From an uncultured Candidatus Saccharibacteria bacterium (GTDB lineage: Bacteria; Patescibacteriota; Dojkabacteria; J137), in assembly GCA_964607415.1 (NCBI GenBank), contig CAZSKK010000001.1:405974-469973 (forward strand): 64,000 bases of DNA, given 5' to 3'. The notes under the pieces were generated by a model that was given only the letters and a program-made list of their open reading frames with translations, did not search any database and had not been told where the DNA came from. Positions within the stretch are counted from its first letter, which is position 1. Every line of letters starts with the position of its first letter. Below, one piece after another: positions 9,568 through 19,508 of this stretch. Made by a program: the position numbers and the translations under genes.

Positions 9568-10302
9568 TTAGGACAGGATTAGATACAATTCATCCGAACT
9601 CTTAACCTTCATTATGTCTAAATCCAATTTCATTTGACTTGCAAATGCTTTAATCTCCGATAGTTTCCAGTATCTTTGTTTAATTTTCGTTTTTAACGTT
9701 GAAACATTACCGCTTTCATCCTTAATTTCAACAATTTCTTCTGAGATAGAAGTATTTGTTTCTTTAAAATATTCTTTCGTTTTCCATTTAACTGTATACT
9801 CTACTCCATCTTTGATTTTTTCAATCTCAAAATCAAAGTTTTCAGGATTCACGTTTTCTGAATTATCAATATTAATTAAAATTACTCCATTTTTAGCGAG
9901 AGCCTTTACGCAATTTTTAAGTAACTTAATTGCATCACTATTCGTAACAGCAATTTCGTTAAAAGTGTTCCAGAACATATAAATAAGGTCGTAGGTTTGG
10001 GGTTTGAGGTAACAGGTTAAAGCATCGTCAACAGTAATTTCTCCAACGACTAACTTTTCACTTTTTACTTTCAATTCTTCAATCATGCCCTCTGATGAAT
10101 CAACGCCGTCTACCAAATATCCCATTTTAGTTAAAGGAATTAAGTGTCTGCCTGTTCCGCAACCAATATCTAGTAAGCGAGAACCGGGGCTTTTAAGGCT
10201 TTGAATCAAATCAATTTCCTGTTCAGTAAGCTCCTTAGGAACTGATGAATCATAAACTATATCGTAAACTTTTGCAGTAGTGTTGTTTGGATTTTGAGTC
10301 AT
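9568..10302 (-). CDS. Class I SAM-dependent methyltransferase
   Basis: LLDIGCGTGRH, GVDSSEGM, YDLI, LAKNG. Confidence 0.9.
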   Translation of the reverse strand: MTQNPNNTTAKVYDIVYDSSVPKELTEQEIDLIQSLKSPGSRLLDIGCGTGRHLIPLTKMGYLVDGVDSSEGMIEELKVKSEKLVVGEITVDDALTCYLKPQTYDLIYMFWNTFNEIAVTNSDAIKLLKNCVKALAKNGVILINIDNSENVNPENFDFEIEKIKDGVEYTVKWKTKEYFKETNTSISEEIVEIKDESGNVSTLKTKIKQRYWKLSEIKAFASQMKLDLDIMKVKSSDELYLILS

Positions 10303-10325
10303 GGGTTATGGCTAAGTGTTATCTA

Positions 10326-10374
10326 TATGCTATATGCTATATGCTATGTGCTATTCGCTATCTGCTATAAGCTA
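10326..10374. repeat. Heptamer array NNNGCTA x7, containing the epmA stop codon
   Basis: tatgcta tatgcta tatgcta tgtgcta ttcgcta tctgcta taagcta. Confidence 0.85.
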
Positions 10375-11466
10375 TTCTTCAAACATTTCACTTGCTGGAA
10401 AATAATTTATTTCCGAAATATATTTTGCATTTGCAAAAATCATTGCCAATCTATCAAGTCCCATTCCAATTCCTGCAACATCAGGAAGTCCACTTTTTAA
10501 TGCATCAATTAAATCCTGATCATATTTAACTTCCTTTAAGCCCATAGATTTTCTTGCTGCTTGTTCTTCTAAAAACCTTTTCTCTTGGAGTTCCCAGTCC
10601 AAAAGTTCAGTATAGCCATTTGCAAGTTCTTTACCTGCAATATATAGCTCTACTTTTTCACAAACCAAAGGATTTTTTTCGTTAGGTTTTGTTAAAACGC
10701 AAACCTGTTTTGGATAATCATAAACAAATGTTGGTTTATCAATAGCCAAGGTCGTCTCTATTTCCATTGCAAAAAGAAGTTCAAAAATTATCTGCCATGA
10801 ATCCTCATCTGAAACATTATAACCTTTGGATTTTGCAAAGCTTCTAAATTTATCTTCATCTTGAACCTCAGATAAATTTACTCCTAGAATCTTTTCAAAC
10901 GCATCTGCAACTGAAAGTCTATTCCATTTCCCTCCCAAATCAATTTCTTTATCTTGATATTTAAATTTTAAATCAACATCAAATTTGGTTATCTCATCAA
11001 AAGTAAGTTCAAACTTATTCTTACTCTCACTCTTAATCTTAACTAGTTTTAGCATAAATTTAATCAGCTCTTCGCAGTCATCCATTAAATCAAAATAATT
11101 TGCATCTAAGTGATACCACTCGAGCATTGTAAATTCAGGAGAATGATTTGGGCCAATTTCTTCAAGACCTCTACAAACCTTTGTAATTACAAAATGTTCT
11201 CCAAGCCCCGCAGCTAAGATCTTTTTATTGAAAGTTTCGGTTGTAGGTACAATGTAGCCTTTCACAACCCTGTTTTTAAGTTCAATATCGGTCTCTAAAA
11301 CATCTAGAAACCTTTCTTGAGGTAGTGCTGAAGTAATAATTGGGCTTTCAAGTTCATGATAGTTTCGGTGCTCAAAAAACTTTCTGGCCGCTTTAATAAT
11401 GTATTCTTTAACAAAATATCTTTCAAAAGCTTCTGGATTTTGTTTTAAATATTTCCAGGTTTTCAT
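10372..11466 (-). CDS. epmA: EF-P lysyltransferase (EpmA/GenX, LysRS catalytic-domain paralog)
   Basis: No anticodon domain; HSPEFTMLEWY, ELYIAGKELANGYTEL, GIGMGLDRL; efp lies nearby. Confidence 0.88.
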   Translation of the reverse strand: MKTWKYLKQNPEAFERYFVKEYIIKAARKFFEHRNYHELESPIITSALPQERFLDVLETDIELKNRVVKGYIVPTTETFNKKILAAGLGEHFVITKVCRGLEEIGPNHSPEFTMLEWYHLDANYFDLMDDCEELIKFMLKLVKIKSESKNKFELTFDEITKFDVDLKFKYQDKEIDLGGKWNRLSVADAFEKILGVNLSEVQDEDKFRSFAKSKGYNVSDEDSWQIIFELLFAMEIETTLAIDKPTFVYDYPKQVCVLTKPNEKNPLVCEKVELYIAGKELANGYTELLDWELQEKRFLEEQAARKSMGLKEVKYDQDLIDALKSGLPDVAGIGMGLDRLAMIFANAKYISEINYFPASEMFEE

Positions 11467-12242
11467 GAGGTGGCTTTAGCATGAGGGGTTATTAAACTGC
11501 ATAGGAATTTAACAATCGCAACGGCAGTAATTGCTGCAGTTTCTGATCTTAAAATGCTATCTGTAAATGTAACAAATTCAAACCCGGCCTCTTTAGCTAG
11601 TTTATGTTCAGTTGGCGAAAAACCGCCTTCAGGACCTATAAAAACTGCAATTTTTGAATATTCTTTAGGAATCATGCTCAAAAACTTTGTATCTATAGAT
11701 TCAGGACTTGCCTTTCTTGGAATTGTAAAAAAGTAGATAACGTCAAACTGCTCTTTCAAGTTTATGACACCATCAAAATCAATAGGTTTATGTAATTCAG
11801 GAATAGTTAATCTTTCTGATTGTTGGCATGCAGAAAGAATTATTTTGTTAAATCTTTCGTATTTAGAATTAGTGTTCTCATAAAAACTTTGTGAAAATTC
11901 AGCAACAACTGGAACTATGTGATCAATTCCAAGTTCTGTAGTTTTCTCTAAAATATCTTCAAGTTTTCCTGCTTTTAACAAAGATTGAAAAAGTGTAATT
12001 TCAACTTTAGGTTTACTAAAATCTTCTTCTTTAATTAGTTCAAGTAACCTTGCGGTTGCAAATTCTCTGGTTACAAGTATTAGCTCAGCTAAAAATTCTT
12101 TTTCACCATTAAAGACTGTAATTTTATCGCCTTTTGATAGCCTTAAAACTTTTCTGACATGATTTGCATCATAGTCCGAAAGTTTTACACTACTACCTGT
12201 TCTGATATTTTTTCGTTCTGTATAAAATCTATTTAATCTCAT
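11463..12242 (-). CDS. rsmE: 16S rRNA m3U1498 methyltransferase
   Basis: HVRKVLRL, KTTELG, IGPEGGFS, ILRSETA. Confidence 0.95.
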   Translation of the reverse strand: MRLNRFYTERKNIRTGSSVKLSDYDANHVRKVLRLSKGDKITVFNGEKEFLAELILVTREFATARLLELIKEEDFSKPKVEITLFQSLLKAGKLEDILEKTTELGIDHIVPVVAEFSQSFYENTNSKYERFNKIILSACQQSERLTIPELHKPIDFDGVINLKEQFDVIYFFTIPRKASPESIDTKFLSMIPKEYSKIAVFIGPEGGFSPTEHKLAKEAGFEFVTFTDSILRSETAAITAVAIVKFLCSLITPHAKATS

Positions 12243-12276
12243 CTTTATTTCTTAAATCTTATTCTTTCTCTAAGTC

Positions 12277-12921
12277 TTAATATGATACTGGAGCTAAATA
12301 TGTTGCTCTATCATAAAAGTCATAGTCAATTCCTTGAGCTAACATGTAAAGTTCTATATCATATTGTGAAAACTTGCCTTGAATTCTTGCTGCTTCTGCC
12401 GCCCTTGCATACTTTTCAGATGTTTCTTTTAAGAAAGGAAGATTCTTTTTTTGCAAATCAACTTCAGCAGTTGTAAATTTTACTTCAAGCTCATGTAACT
12501 GATATTGAAATTGCGCACAAGCGCTACAGTTATAGTCTTCAAATACTTCAACTTTAATTGGTAAAGCTAAATTGGTTGCACCAACTTTAGCTTCGTTAAC
12601 CAAAGAAGCAAGTTTCTCTTCTAAGTCAGTATTTGTTTGTCTGATAAAAATCTCTCCATTAATAAAAATTGAAGGAGTAGACGCTCTGCCATCAAGTCTG
12701 TTTAACGCATCTGTTTTTTGATCTTCAACTATTTTTTTTACTGCATCACTTTCCATATCCGCTAAAAACTTCTCCTTGTCCATGCCTAACTGCTCGGCTA
12801 AGACGGCTACATCAGAACTATTTTTGATATCATCTCTTTGAGAAATGATTATTACAAAAAGAAATGCCAGCCCAATTATTAAGGTGGCGATTATACCTAT
12901 TGTTGCAGGTGATTTTTTCAT
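12277..12921 (-). CDS. Membrane-anchored DsbA/BdbD-family thiol-disulfide oxidoreductase, apparently circularly permuted
   Basis: N-terminal TM; cis-Pro segment STPSIFING (aa 81-89) precedes VFEDYNCSAC (CxxC at aa 132-135) and AAEAARIQGKF. Confidence 0.8.
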   Translation of the reverse strand: MKKSPATIGIIATLIIGLAFLFVIIISQRDDIKNSSDVAVLAEQLGMDKEKFLADMESDAVKKIVEDQKTDALNRLDGRASTPSIFINGEIFIRQTNTDLEEKLASLVNEAKVGATNLALPIKVEVFEDYNCSACAQFQYQLHELEVKFTTAEVDLQKKNLPFLKETSEKYARAAEAARIQGKFSQYDIELYMLAQGIDYDFYDRATYLAPVSY

Positions 12922-12947
12922 AGCGCAAATATAAAAAATTAAAGAAT

Positions 12948-13095
12948 AACCCCTCCGACTCTCCGAGCCACCTCCCCTTTGATTAAAGGGGAGGAACCAA
13001 AGGAGGGGTTGTTAAATTTAAACTTGTGAACTAGAAAACTCGTAAACGATTTTGCTGTTATTTAAATTAGATCCTGAATCAAGTTCAGGATGACG
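12948..13095. repeat. CCCCTC-type palindrome (12948-13011) and REP-like hairpin ATCCTGAA-TCAAG-TTCAGGATGAC (13069-13095)
   Basis: Inverted repeats visible in the sequence. Confidence 0.7.
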
Positions 13096-13126
13096 TCTCA
13101 AAGATTCTTCGTCTTACGCCTAACTT

Positions 13127-14206
13127 CTAACGTCCTACTAACACAGCCATTTCTACAAGCCTGTTTGAATACCCTGCTTCATTATCGTACCAAGTCATAA
13201 CCTTAACCAAATCTCCATCAATAACCTTAGTTAAGGACAGATCAACAATCGCTGAACTAGGGTTACCTATTATATCAGACGAAACAATAGGTTCTCTAGT
13301 AACTTCAACAATTCCATCGTACTGTTTGGATTCACTTGCTTCTATAAATGCTTGATTAACTTCTTCTAGTGTTACAGGTTTGGAAACCAAAAAAGTAAAA
13401 TCAGTTAAAGAACCACAAAGAGTTGGAACTCTTACAGCCATTCCGTCAAACTTTCCTTTAATTTCTTTAATAGCTTCAGTTGTAGAAATTGCAGCCCCGC
13501 TTGTTGTTGGAACAATATTATTAATTGCCGCTCTTGCTCTTCTTAAGTCAGGATGTAACCCTGGTGGTACAGAATCGACAAGGTTTTGCTCTGCGGTAAC
13601 CGAATGAATTGTAGTCATTGCGGCTTTTAAAATACCAAATTTTTCATTAATTATATTAGCAACAGGACCAACACAGTTTGTTGTGCAAGAACCGTTGGAA
13701 ACAATTTCTTCTTCTAAATATTTATCGGTATTAACACCAATTAGGAATGTATTGATATCACCACCTTTAGTTGGAGCAGAAACCACAACTTTTTTACTAC
13801 CAGCATCAATATGTGCCTTTGCTGCACCATCTTTAACAAATCGGCCGGTACATTCCAGCACAACATCAATATTTAGTTCTTTCCATGGCAATTTTGAAGG
13901 GTCGGGCTCATGAATAATTTTTATTCTTTTATTATCAATAATTAAATAGTTTTCAGTATTTCCATAGTCTTTAAAATGCCCTTCTACATCTTCGGTTCCC
14001 TCAATATCAATAATTTCTCCATTGACTTCTACACTGACTTTTTTTGGATAAATACCGTAAACGCTATCGTAAACAAATAAATGTGCAAGTATTTGAGGTA
14101 GTGAAAGATCGTTTATAGCAACTACTTCAACTTCATTTTTTTCAAGTGCAACTTTTAAGGCTTGTCTTCCTATTCTTCCAAAACCGTTAATTGCAATTTT
14201 TATCAT
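13127..14206 (-). CDS. gap: Glyceraldehyde-3-phosphate dehydrogenase, type I
   Basis: INGFGRIGR, SCTTNC, RRARAA, WYDNEAGYSNR. Confidence 0.97.
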   Translation of the reverse strand: MIKIAINGFGRIGRQALKVALEKNEVEVVAINDLSLPQILAHLFVYDSVYGIYPKKVSVEVNGEIIDIEGTEDVEGHFKDYGNTENYLIIDNKRIKIIHEPDPSKLPWKELNIDVVLECTGRFVKDGAAKAHIDAGSKKVVVSAPTKGGDINTFLIGVNTDKYLEEEIVSNGSCTTNCVGPVANIINEKFGILKAAMTTIHSVTAEQNLVDSVPPGLHPDLRRARAAINNIVPTTSGAAISTTEAIKEIKGKFDGMAVRVPTLCGSLTDFTFLVSKPVTLEEVNQAFIEASESKQYDGIVEVTREPIVSSDIIGNPSSAIVDLSLTKVIDGDLVKVMTWYDNEAGYSNRLVEMAVLVGR

Positions 14207-14397
14207 AGTAGAAAATTAATAGTTAATAATTTAGTTCATAGTCAATAGTTGATGATTGATAGTAGCTTATAGCGAATAGCGTATAGCAAAAGATCATTAT
14301 CCCGTAAACCCTATAACTAAATTAATAAACTTCTGAATTGACACATTCTCATATTCCATTATTCGCATATTCGCGTATTCCTGCTAAAATATTGTAC

Positions 14398-15549
14398 ATG
14401 AAAATAATTCAAATTACATCCTTCTACAAACCAAATGTGGGCGGAGTTGAAAAACAAGTTGAACATATTTCAAGCCACTTAATGCAGAGTGGGTTTGACG
14501 TTGAAATTTTTACCACCGATGCAACTCACGGAAGTTCATCAAGAATCAAAACTTATAATAGTGACAATGGCGATACAATTGTGCAACGATTTAGATACTT
14601 TTTTGGATTTGGAAACTTCTTTAGATTTTCCCCAACCTTGTTAATTAAGCTAGCACGTTCTAAATTTGATATAGTGCATGTACATAACACTCATGATGCC
14701 CATTTGATTGGTGCAATTATTATTGCCAAATTAAAACGCAAAAAAGTTGTTCTAACTGGTCACAATCCATATATTGTGGATTCACAAAAGCGTGGAAACA
14801 TTCTTAATAGATTAGTGCATAGTTACGATTATGTTCTAAAAATATTTTTTCCTCTCATCAATAAATATATTGCGCTTCTTTTTAGCGAAAAGCAATATGT
14901 ACAAACATTCTTCAGGTTGCGAGGAAACAAATTAGCTTTAATTCCAAATGGCATAAACGGAATTTTTTATACACAAGAAAAAAAACGTACCAATGCCGCT
15001 ATTGTTAAAGAACTTGGCATAGATAGAAACAAGTATAAAATGGTAGTTGGAACTGCATCAAGGATGAACTTTGTTAAAGGTATCCACAATCTTAAAGTGG
15101 CTGCAGATACTTTGCCTGATGTACAATTTATATTTGTTGGAGGAGATGGAGGTTATCTTAATGATATTAAACAATTATATCGAGATAATAACAATGTAAT
15201 TATTTTTGACAAGTATATTCCTCAAGAACGTCTTGTTGATTTTTATGATGAAATTGATTTATTTTTACTTCCAAGTGTATACGAACCATTTGGAATGACT
15301 TTAGTTGAAGCAATGGCTAGGGGTAAGTATATATTATCTACAAATGTAGGAGGTACGCCAGAAATTATAAAGCCGGAATACGGAGAGCTTTTGAATCCAA
15401 AAGATCATAAACTATGGGCAGAAAGGATCGGCTATTACAGAGACCATAAGGATCTTCTCAAACTAAATAAAAATGCGCAAAACGAAGCAGAGAAGTACAA
15501 ATGGGATGTTGTGATGGGAAAGTTGATTGAAGTGTATAGAAGTTTATAG
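14398..15549 (+). CDS. Glycosyltransferase family 4
   Basis: GGVE, EPFGMTLVEAMA (EX7E), VGGTPEII; ATG at 14398 preferred because the upstream part is an octamer repeat. Confidence 0.92.
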   Translation: MKIIQITSFYKPNVGGVEKQVEHISSHLMQSGFDVEIFTTDATHGSSSRIKTYNSDNGDTIVQRFRYFFGFGNFFRFSPTLLIKLARSKFDIVHVHNTHDAHLIGAIIIAKLKRKKVVLTGHNPYIVDSQKRGNILNRLVHSYDYVLKIFFPLINKYIALLFSEKQYVQTFFRLRGNKLALIPNGINGIFYTQEKKRTNAAIVKELGIDRNKYKMVVGTASRMNFVKGIHNLKVAADTLPDVQFIFVGGDGGYLNDIKQLYRDNNNVIIFDKYIPQERLVDFYDEIDLFLLPSVYEPFGMTLVEAMARGKYILSTNVGGTPEIIKPEYGELLNPKDHKLWAERIGYYRDHKDLLKLNKNAQNEAEKYKWDVVMGKLIEVYRSL

Positions 15550-15550
15550 T

Positions 15551-16318
15551 TTATTCTTCAAGAAAAGCCCATATTAAATCAAATAAAGCCTTTGAGTTTT
15601 CATAAAGCAGTTGGTTTTCAATTACATAGGCAATAGGCTCTAATGATCTTTCCACAATTGCAATTTTCCCAGAGTAAATTAAGTAATCCATAGATTTATA
15701 ATTAAAATTCTTTGGGAAAAATTTATAGTAATAGTTTTGTTCATTGGCGTGTTTTTTAATTAAATCATGTGAACTTTTGTTATTACTAAAAATGGCCCAG
15801 CTTTTAGATCCATTGTTTACTGCATCGCTAAACTTCTTTGCATTTTCTGGGAAAATATTAACTACATCATCAGAATTTAAAAATGATCTTATTTCCTTTG
15901 ATTTTGTAATTTCATCATAAATTGATGCTATGGCTTTTTTATTTGTTAGAACTTTCATACCTGCCTGAAAGTAGCTCTTCCCATTTTCCTCTAACTGATT
16001 TATAAGCTTATCCAAGTTAGAACTTGCAATTTCTATTTCTCTTTGCTCAGCGCTAAGTTTTGCATTTTTAATTGCAACAAGATTTTGCAAGTAGATTGGG
16101 TCTCTTGCTACAAACTTGCGCTTTCGTCCAACTGTGATTTTGTGAACTAAATTTTTATCAGTTAAGCTTTCAATCCAATCGTACACACTTGCCCTTGGAA
16201 TATTAATTACGCTACTAATTTCAGCTATAGTTTTTGGAGAGCCTTCAAGTAAAAGACGATATATTTCAAACTCGTTAAGAGTGATATCAAAAAACTTTAA
16301 TAAATCTTTTGTTTTCAT
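15551..16318 (-). CDS. TrmB-family transcriptional regulator
   Basis: N-terminal wHTH (IPRASVYDWIESLTDKNLV) plus C-terminal effector domain. Confidence 0.8.
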   Translation of the reverse strand: MKTKDLLKFFDITLNEFEIYRLLLEGSPKTIAEISSVINIPRASVYDWIESLTDKNLVHKITVGRKRKFVARDPIYLQNLVAIKNAKLSAEQREIEIASSNLDKLINQLEENGKSYFQAGMKVLTNKKAIASIYDEITKSKEIRSFLNSDDVVNIFPENAKKFSDAVNNGSKSWAIFSNNKSSHDLIKKHANEQNYYYKFFPKNFNYKSMDYLIYSGKIAIVERSLEPIAYVIENQLLYENSKALFDLIWAFLEE

Positions 16319-16342
16319 ATTAAATTTAGAAAGAAAATTTTT

Positions 16343-16431
16343 ATGTCGGTACGTGTCCGACATTTCGAAATATTATACTACAAATAACATTAGCTTCACC
16401 ATATTCCAAAAGTGTCGACCTATGGACAACA
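16343..16431. promoter_or_regulatory. Two operator-like palindromes TGTCG-N9-CRACA between the divergent TrmB and XRE genes
   Basis: 16344-16362 and 16413-16431; weaker copy at 18803-18821 upstream of the second TrmB gene. Confidence 0.5.
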
Positions 16432-16474
16432 TTTTCTACAAGGAATACAATAGTTAACAGTTATAGTCAACACT

Positions 16475-16720
16475 ATGGAAAGTTTCAACCTACCAGACAA
16501 TTCATACTATGCTAAAGTTTTGAAAAAATATAGAATCGAAAGGAAAATGAGTCAACTTGAGCTGGAAGTAAAGGCCGATTTGCCTTTTGGCACAGTTTCT
16601 AGGATAGAAAATGGAAAAGTTAATCCTTCTAAAGAAACACTTTTAAAAATTTCGTATACATTAAAACTTCAAGCTAAAGATTTTCTCTACTTATCAGGAT
16701 TTACGATATTGTTCCAGTAA
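16475..16720 (+). CDS. XRE-family HTH regulator
   Basis: LKKYRIERKMSQLEL...TVSRIENGKVNPSKETLLKI. Confidence 0.88.
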   Translation: MESFNLPDNSYYAKVLKKYRIERKMSQLELEVKADLPFGTVSRIENGKVNPSKETLLKISYTLKLQAKDFLYLSGFTILFQ

Positions 16721-16902
16721 AAATTTACATTTCTTCCAAGCTTCCCTGAAAACGATTGTCAATGGTAACTCTCAATAGATTTCTTCTCTGTTGTCACAAA
16801 ACTGTCAGCTTATAGAAAAATTGACGACAAAAAGTGGAAAAACTGCTATAATGCCCAGCAACAGACAGTGTTCTGTTGTTATGTTATAATTACTGTGATT
16901 TA

Positions 16903-17961
16903 ATGAATGCTATGGTACAAGAACCCCAATTTAATATTTCTGAAGCTATAAACTATACTTTTGAAAGTGTTGAAGTTACTCTAGATCTTGTTACATTCAT
17001 AGATGTATGGGGTGGCTCTCTATCTTCTGCACCGCATATAATTCAAACACTTATAGATCAAGGTTTACATGAAAGATTCAAAGATGCAAATGTTATTGAT
17101 GTTGGAGCAGGCAATGGCATCATAACCTTAGCTGCACTAGGACTAGGAGCTACACATGTTGTTGCAGTTGATAATAATCTAAGTGCAATAGCTAACACAA
17201 ATTTCAACCTTAGATATAATCAATTTCAAAAATCTCAAGCTACAGTTCTTAGTTCTGATGTTCTAAGTGAAATACCTTCAAATTATAAAGCCAACATTAT
17301 TATAGGTAATTTACCTATGAATCCAGATGTAACTGGGCTTAACATTGCCAATGCAGCCTTTAGATCTAATCAAAACGGCGATGGTCGTTATGTCCAAAGT
17401 ACATTAATCCGACAATCACGAGATTACTTAACTCCTGGAGGATTATTAATCTTTTCAGCATCCTCAAGACAAAACTTTGCTGCAACCAAAAGCGACCTAG
17501 ATAATTACTTTGGAACTAATAACTGGACTATCCTAAACTCAACTGAGAATGCAAATCCAGTAGACACCTTCATTGGGGCACATGAAGAAATAAATATGGA
17601 ATATCATGGACCATTTGTACCGACTTGGTTACTTGAAACTTCTATTGATAGAAAATTAAGAGTATATAATCTTGACGATAAGGGACATCCTTATCTCGAA
17701 CTTGAATCTGGTAGAGGAAAAGATAGAGTAAAGAAAATTTTTTGTTATGTTGACTTAAATCAAAATGGATTGTTTACCCCAATAGAAGTTTACATTAATG
17801 GCAATGGTATCCCTCTTTATAGTACTATAAATCCGGATGGCTCGATAACTCCAATCCAAGTACAAAATATTAATTTGCCTACAAAAGCTTCGAAAATTCT
17901 ATACCACAACTACTCTATCGTAATGGCTCAATTCTCACCAAACCACTTTCCTGAATTATAA
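16903..17961 (+). CDS. HemK/PrmA-like SAM-dependent methyltransferase with a C-terminal extension
   Basis: VIDVGAGNG, AVDNN, NLPM (NPPY-like motif IV), NGDGR...YLTPGG. Confidence 0.78.
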   Translation: MNAMVQEPQFNISEAINYTFESVEVTLDLVTFIDVWGGSLSSAPHIIQTLIDQGLHERFKDANVIDVGAGNGIITLAALGLGATHVVAVDNNLSAIANTNFNLRYNQFQKSQATVLSSDVLSEIPSNYKANIIIGNLPMNPDVTGLNIANAAFRSNQNGDGRYVQSTLIRQSRDYLTPGGLLIFSASSRQNFAATKSDLDNYFGTNNWTILNSTENANPVDTFIGAHEEINMEYHGPFVPTWLLETSIDRKLRVYNLDDKGHPYLELESGRGKDRVKKIFCYVDLNQNGLFTPIEVYINGNGIPLYSTINPDGSITPIQVQNINLPTKASKILYHNYSIVMAQFSPNHFPEL

Positions 17962-17972
17962 GGTAATTTAAT

Positions 17973-18764
17973 TTAGCTTAAACTAGAATTAGCCCAAAGA
18001 GTACTAAACAACTGCTTGAAAGTTTCCGCAATATCCTTACCTTCTAACACAATTGCTGTATAGGGCTCACCCGATGTCATGATAGAAACCTCATCATCAC
18101 AAATGATAAGTGTAGACTTGAAGTTAATGTTATTGGGAAGATACCTAGTTTCTCTTAATAGCTCAGTGTCTTCTTTTTTAAATTTTTCAGTCTCAACACC
18201 TCCCCTTACAGCCAATGCTTTTAGAAACAAGTTCTTTTTTATTCTAGCGGGTATATAATATTCTTTACCATATTGTTCAGTATATACTTTTCTCCATTCA
18301 TCAATATTGGTAATGAAAAGAACCTCATTATCAGAATGCTCTATAGATCTTTGGCAAACTTCTTTGAATCCCTTTTCGCCCTGGTAGTATTTAACCTCAA
18401 CACTAGTACTTTTTTCACTCTCAGGTACACTCTGTTTAATCATCCCTACAATCTCAGTCATATTATCTTCCAATTTTTTCATATCCCATTTTTTCTGTTC
18501 CAAAAGGAATGATAGCTTTCCTGGATCTTCTGCAACAACCATCCTTCTTTCACCATAATTTGTTTGACTAACTAATCCTTTTTTAATCAACTCTTCCACA
18601 TTATTATGTGTAGTTGATCTTTTGATTCCAGTTTCTCGTGCCAAATTCATGATGGTGTTTGGACCGGTTTTTAAAAGTGCCAAATATAATTTAACTTCCT
18701 TTTCTGTTAGGCCAAAATCCATTAAATAGTTCTTGATTGGTTTGTCTATTTTTACTTGTGTCAT
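17973..18764 (-). CDS. TrmB-family transcriptional regulator
   Basis: FGLTEKEVKLYLALL...GIKRSTTHNNVEELIKKGLV; VKYYQGEKG; ETFKQLFSTLW. Confidence 0.85.
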   Translation of the reverse strand: MTQVKIDKPIKNYLMDFGLTEKEVKLYLALLKTGPNTIMNLARETGIKRSTTHNNVEELIKKGLVSQTNYGERRMVVAEDPGKLSFLLEQKKWDMKKLEDNMTEIVGMIKQSVPESEKSTSVEVKYYQGEKGFKEVCQRSIEHSDNEVLFITNIDEWRKVYTEQYGKEYYIPARIKKNLFLKALAVRGGVETEKFKKEDTELLRETRYLPNNINFKSTLIICDDEVSIMTSGEPYTAIVLEGKDIAETFKQLFSTLWANSSLS

Positions 18765-19025
18765 GAATTAATGATAATTATTAAAAATGTGTTTCTAGAA
18801 AATGTCGAGTTTTTAACCAAATTAATGATAACTAGAATGTGAAAATTTGTCAACGAAAATCGGATTTTTCATTTTATTATTAGTTGAACTTATATAAAAA
18901 CACCAACTGGAGTAGAAATCTTAAAAGGCTAGAATCTGTTAATTGCCGAAATATATTGATTAGTTGCAACAAATTATGCCCACAACGAGAGAGATGTAAT
19001 GAGCTTAAAAATCAACCATTTAAAA

Positions 19026-19508
19026 CTATTCTGCTGTTTTATCGAAGACTCTATTTGAAGCGCATAAAATACCCAGGTTTATATCTTCCGTAATCCTATT
19101 TAAGTTTCCGTCGCTATCTATCACATATCTTAACGGTAGAGGTTTTTCAAGCTGCCCCAAAGATAGCCCCCATAGTTTATAATCCCTTTTAATACAAAAA
19201 GAAATCTCCTTTTTATCAATAATTGCATCATAAATAATTATTGTGGCAAATTTATCCCAAAATGTTTTAGGTTCTTTATACTCGGGGTAATCAGCATCTA
19301 AAGCCAGAGTGAACGAGTCTTTGTATGCTGGAAGTATTATCGGATTAACCTTATATTCGATACTATTTGCTTTAATAATGCCTAAATAAGGCAGCATTAA
19401 ACCACTAAAACATGCAAAAACAAAAAGCAGACCTACAAATAACTGTGAGTAAGCAACTACCTTTACTATCTTCTTCGATTTTGTTAATTCATGTTCCTGG
19501 CTATCCAT
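19026..19508 (-). CDS. Hypothetical membrane-anchored protein
   Basis: Single N-terminal TM; TGATG overlap with the cytochrome b5 gene. Confidence 0.65.
   Translation of the reverse strand: MDSQEHELTKSKKIVKVVAYSQLFVGLLFVFACFSGLMLPYLGIIKANSIEYKVNPIILPAYKDSFTLALDADYPEYKEPKTFWDKFATIIIYDAIIDKKEISFCIKRDYKLWGLSLGQLEKPLPLRYVIDSDGNLNRITEDINLGILCASNRVFDKTAE

Noticed and set aside
10294-10500. 68-aa ORF with YMLYAICYVLFAICYKL
   Set aside because: Translation of the heptamer array, antisense to epmA
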